NCBI GenBank assembly: GCA_965207445.1
Contig: CBDBLX010000002.1
Coordinates: 320,001-384,000 of the forward strand
Source of the DNA: Nitrosopumilus sp.
Lineage (GTDB): Archaea; Thermoproteota; Nitrososphaeria; Nitrososphaerales; Nitrosopumilaceae
Direction: 5' to 3'
DNA length: 64,000 nucleotides
Positions 60,413-64,000 of this stretch are shown here, in pieces; position 1 is the stretch's first letter, and every line of letters begins with the position of its first letter. Under the pieces are notes generated by a model that was not told the DNA's origin, made no database searches, and saw only the letters and a program-made list of their open reading frames with translations. Both the position numbers and the translations under genes were made by a program.

Positions 60413-62281
60413 ATGACCGAGATGAAAGAAAATGACCATATAATAGGGGTATTCATGGGGCTTGAAAAGTCATCTTATGAATATGTGGCATGGCTTGTGG
60501 CCCCTTACAAATCAGATTTTATGATAGAGATCGGAAGCCTTTTGATCGTGTATAACACACAAGAAAAGGTAATCGCAAGAGTGACAGATTACTATCCGCG
60601 CGGTGAGTTTATGTCTCAGATGGGTGAAAAATGGCTCAACGACATAGCCGCAGGTGACATGATAGACGAGATAGGCCACGACATAAAAAAGAGCAAGATC
60701 AGCTACAAGGTTCGAATACGTATACTCGGGTCACTTTCCTCAAAGAAAGGATTTACTCCAGGATTGAGGCGTATACCTCAAATCACAAGTAAGGTTTACC
60801 TGCCAAGTCATGACACTGTCAGGGAGATAATATCGAGCGCCATCAAAGAACAGTCAAATGGTGTCAAAGTGGGCGACTATGCTTTGGATCTGTCTATTCC
60901 AATAACATTTGATCAGAGTGAGCTGAGCTCAAAAAGGACGTTTATCTTTGCGCGTGCCGGATATGGAAAGAGCAATCTAATGAAGGTGATATGTAGTAAA
61001 TGGAACTCTCAGAACGGTGGACTGCTCGTGTTTGATCAAGAAGGTGAATATGCAATTACAGATCGAAAAGGCAGACCCGGTGTTATGGACAAAAGAAGTG
61101 CGCTGCTTGTCACAAATCAGGCAATTCAAAAGGATCTCAAAAACGTCTACTGTAATACAAAGATCAACTTGGCCTCTTTGACTCCGGGACTTGCCGTGCC
61201 ATTTTTAGTGAGTCCAGGCAAACATGAGACTGTCTTTTTTGCAAAATTAATGTCCATGAGTCCGGGGGCGTGGAAAAAACTTGTGAATCTATTGTATGAT
61301 AAACGGTGGAATGCAAGTTATGACGAGGTCTCAAGTATAGTGACGGGGGTTTCAAATAATGGTAATAGTATGCCTAGCAACATGGCAAGTGAGGTGGACA
61401 TTAAACCAATTCTCAATAATTTGGTTCCACACATATCAAAGATGCATGATCCCAACTCTCAGGCTACAAGCATAATCAAAGAAGCACTACGAATGGGCAG
61501 AGTTGTGATATTTGATATCTCAAGGGTCGATAATCATACTGCTAGGTTGGCAAGTTCTATAATTATCAAAGAGATCTTTGAGGAAAACAAGGAGAATTTC
61601 ATAAAATCCGCGGGGCAGAGTCTGATCAAGGCAACATTTGTGTTAGAGGAGGCCCATACAGTACTCTCTGATCCTCGATATACATCTACACCGTCTGCGT
61701 TTATCGATTTGGCAAAGGAGGGTAGAAAATATGAGATGGGTGGGATATTCATAACACAACAACCTGGAAGCATACCTGCTGAGATAATAAGCCAAGGGGA
61801 CAACTTTTTTGTATTTCATCTGCTAAGTAGATCAGACTTGGACGTGTTGGCAAATGTAAATGCACACTATTCAAGTGATATAATAACACAAATTCTAAGT
61901 GAACCTATACGTGGTAAGAGCTATATGTGGACATCACACCAGCCATTTGTAATACCCATAAACGTAGCAAACTTTGAGGAGCAATGCGAGCCTGACCAGA
62001 GTACTATAATTCAGAACAACGACGACATACTAGGCATGATACGAAAGTGCATATACGACAAGCAGAATAACCCTGCATACTTGTCTATATTAGAAAAGTT
62101 TAGAGACGTGGAGGGCAACGACACTATCTCAGAGAAAAGAAAACCAGTTGCACTTTTTAGTATGCTAAATGATACAGAAAAAGCATATCTTCGTGACGGC
62201 GGACACATACAATCTGGACCTACAGGTGAGTTTGCAATAAAATACAGTTTTTACTACCGGCTACGAGACGAGCAACTATAA
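60413..62281 (+). CDS. HerA/FtsK-like (DUF87) ATPase with N-terminal HAS-barrel-like region
   Basis: Walker A ARAGYGKS, VFDQEGEY, Walker B FVLEEAH, AKEGRKY arginine finger and ITQQP. Confidence 0.88.
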   Translation: MTEMKENDHIIGVFMGLEKSSYEYVAWLVAPYKSDFMIEIGSLLIVYNTQEKVIARVTDYYPRGEFMSQMGEKWLNDIAAGDMIDEIGHDIKKSKISYKVRIRILGSLSSKKGFTPGLRRIPQITSKVYLPSHDTVREIISSAIKEQSNGVKVGDYALDLSIPITFDQSELSSKRTFIFARAGYGKSNLMKVICSKWNSQNGGLLVFDQEGEYAITDRKGRPGVMDKRSALLVTNQAIQKDLKNVYCNTKINLASLTPGLAVPFLVSPGKHETVFFAKLMSMSPGAWKKLVNLLYDKRWNASYDEVSSIVTGVSNNGNSMPSNMASEVDIKPILNNLVPHISKMHDPNSQATSIIKEALRMGRVVIFDISRVDNHTARLASSIIIKEIFEENKENFIKSAGQSLIKATFVLEEAHTVLSDPRYTSTPSAFIDLAKEGRKYEMGGIFITQQPGSIPAEIISQGDNFFVFHLLSRSDLDVLANVNAHYSSDIITQILSEPIRGKSYMWTSHQPFVIPINVANFEEQCEPDQSTIIQNNDDILGMIRKCIYDKQNNPAYLSILEKFRDVEGNDTISEKRKPVALFSMLNDTEKAYLRDGGHIQSGPTGEFAIKYSFYYRLRDEQL

Positions 62282-62285
62282 AGTG

Positions 62286-62382
62286 ATTGGGCCATATTCA
62301 AGTGGCAAGGCAACAAACGATATCTGGTTTTATCGGGGCCAATTATGACTAGTAATTGGGCCATATTCAAGTGGCAAGGCAA
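62286..62382. repeat. Two 28-bp direct repeats separated by 41 bp
   Basis: ATTGGGCCATATTCAAGTGGCAAGGCAA at 62286-62313 and 62355-62382. Confidence 0.9.
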
Positions 62383-62595
62383 AAGAGGGCGTGCATGATA
62401 TATACGTGTGATAACGAAAAGACGTGCCTCGAGCAAAATAAGAGATCGACTCAATGATTACCACACACTGAGGTGGTAAATTTTTCAGGCTTTTTATATA
62501 TAAAATTTAAAAATGATTATTATTTTATATTATCTGAAATTACTTTAGTGTTCGTGCAGATATATCTAAATGTGACACATTATACAGTTATCAAA

Positions 62596-62925
62596 ATGAC
62601 AGATACTCTACATCCTGTAATGATCGTATCTACCTATCCTGATACAAATGCAATCTCAGAGATAGCCTCAAAGGTTATAGGCTCCAAACTTGCCGCCTGT
62701 GTTAACATATCTAATATACGATCATTTTATTTGTGGGAAGATAAAATAATGACTGATGAGCAAGAACAGATTGCAATATTTAAGACCACATCTGATCGAA
62801 AGACACAACTCAAAGAGATGATACGTCAGACGCATCCTTATGACGTTCCAGAGATAGCAGAGATTTCAGTATCTGATATTAACAATTCATACATGAATTG
62901 GCTTGTTTCATCTACACGTATGTGA
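62596..62925 (+). CDS. cutA: Divalent-cation tolerance protein CutA
   Basis: KLAACVNI, SFYLWE and HPYDVPEI. Confidence 0.93.
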   Translation: MTDTLHPVMIVSTYPDTNAISEIASKVIGSKLAACVNISNIRSFYLWEDKIMTDEQEQIAIFKTTSDRKTQLKEMIRQTHPYDVPEIAEISVSDINNSYMNWLVSSTRM

Positions 62926-62935
62926 TGAATATACA

Positions 62936-63672
62936 GGTTCTCTTGCAAACGCAGTTGATCGGTGTTTATGTGAACTTTTTATCTGGATTTGGTATTAGAG
63001 GTTGAAAAAGTGTAAGTTTTTAGTACTTTATTGTGTGACTATGACGATAGTTTGGAATAGGAATAGTTAGAGTCAGTATCAAAAAGACAAACAAGGGTGG
63101 TTCATCTTGAAGAAATTGAAGTGTACACCAAAAATGGTAGTTTGATTTGGCATCAAAACACAAACAGATGTAGAGTGTTTGTGTATATGATGTGTAATGT
63201 GTATATGATGTGTAATGTGTATATGATGTGTAATGTGTAGAATTTGACAATTCAGGCGGAGGCACGTATGGATGCGTTTTGGATGAGTGTTATCCAAGCA
63301 TCACAACTATCTGCAACCACCTTTTCTTCCTGAACTGTTTTTTGTTTCATTATACATATATAACCAATTGGACATATAAGCATGTGTGTGTGTGCGCAAT
63401 CCGATGTCAGTGACGTTATAACGTTGGACTGAGAACAACAAACATGACTAAATGGGCTGCCAATGCTAACTGAATTCCAAGTATCCATAACCCACAACGT
63501 GAAAAGGGGTACTAGTTACTCGTACATTCCAAAGCCGGTCCTTGCCAAACTTGGTAACCCAGAGGGTTTGAAGTTTATCATACGTGGCGACAAAATACTA
63601 GTTACGTGTCCGGATTGACCGCAACGGTTCAAATCTGTATTAATTGCCACCAATCGCGTTTGCAAGAGAACC
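62936..63672 (-). mobile_element. Internally deleted (non-autonomous) copy of the IS6 element at 2157-4033
   Basis: Both TIRs present. Transposase reduced to MKQKTVQEEKVV fused in frame to ADSCDAWITLIQNASIRASA. Contains an 18-bp unit GTGTATATGATGTGTAAT x3 at 63181-63234. Confidence 0.92.
63463..63618 (+). CDS. Second copy of the 51-aa AbrB-like IS6 passenger gene
   Basis: Protein identical to that of 2211-2366. Confidence 0.75.
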   Translation: MLTEFQVSITHNVKRGTSYSYIPKPVLAKLGNPEGLKFIIRGDKILVTCPD

Positions 63673-63786
63673 TTACATTGTAACATTTTAATGAACGGTA
63701 TTAATTTTTGTAATGGGTGATCAAGACTGAAGAAACATTACGAATCAGACGATGGCGGGCTTCCGCCGGAGGAAAAATATTTTTAC

Positions 63787-64000
63787 ATGTTGCTATATGC
63801 CCCTGGACACACGAAAGAACATAACGAGCCGATTCCTGGGAATACATGGTTGCAAAAACAGATGCATGAGTTGTCAAAGGTAGTCCCCAAACTGAATTCC
63901 AACTTTATCGAACATCATTTTGGAGTATTCAGTCCGTCCCTAGATTCAATACTGACCCAAAACAAGGCTTCAAATTTGATTGATCAACAACCGAAAGGTG
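63787..64000 (+). CDS. Partial YwgA/Panacea-like protein (runs off window end)
   Basis: Hand translation MLLYAPG...EPIPGNTWLQKQMHEL...FIEHHFGVFSPSL; open to the end of the window. Confidence 0.55.
   Translation, partial: MLLYAPGHTKEHNEPIPGNTWLQKQMHELSKVVPKLNSNFIEHHFGVFSPSLDSILTQNKASNLIDQQPKG

Noticed and set aside
59250..62281. Housekeeping herA-nurA repair operon
   Set aside because: No mre11/rad50 nearby, mobile-element context and divergent motifs. It cannot be fully excluded without the rest of the genome.
62286..62382. Mini-CRISPR array
   Set aside because: Only two repeats, no CRISPR-like terminal motif and no cas genes. Kept only as a direct repeat.
62473..62595. N-terminal extension of CutA (and of uL2 at 56426-56443)
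   Set aside because: AT-rich upstream sequence; conserved homology begins at the later start codons.

Overview
This window looks like DNA from an ammonia-oxidising archaeon (Nitrosopumilaceae-like). The evidence is a Nitrosopumilus-type S-layer gene, a urease cluster with a DUR3-type urea transporter, gatDE, cdc48, an archaeal SRP RNA and rpl2. Heavy IS/MITE load and low-complexity insertions in core proteins suggest a host-associated lineage (inference). Layout: (1) 1-18.8 kb is an IS-riddled defence-type island (PD-(D/E)xK nuclease, Swt1-like HEPN, EEP nuclease, OLD ATPase-TOPRIM, HNH remnant, KAP NTPase). (2) A 2562-aa S-layer protein carries about 1000 aa of inserted Ig-like repeats. (3) ureEFGD and ureABC are divergent and separated by a 3.6-kb accessory patch, followed by the urea transporter. 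(4) An IS66-like element contains a nested IS630-like element, followed by an ABC-ATPase/nuclease pair and a YwgA-like gene. (5) Core genes from gatE to rpl2. (6) A composite transposon with 9-bp target duplications, a stand-alone NurA-like/HerA-like pair, cutA and an internally deleted IS6. Most notable: an IS630-type element family that appears to make 4-bp target duplications rather than TA; the orphan NurA-HerA module; the domain-decorated S-layer; and a 51-aa AbrB-like gene inside the IS6 elements whose two copies differ only synonymously. All family assignments come from motif recognition by eye; no database search was run.
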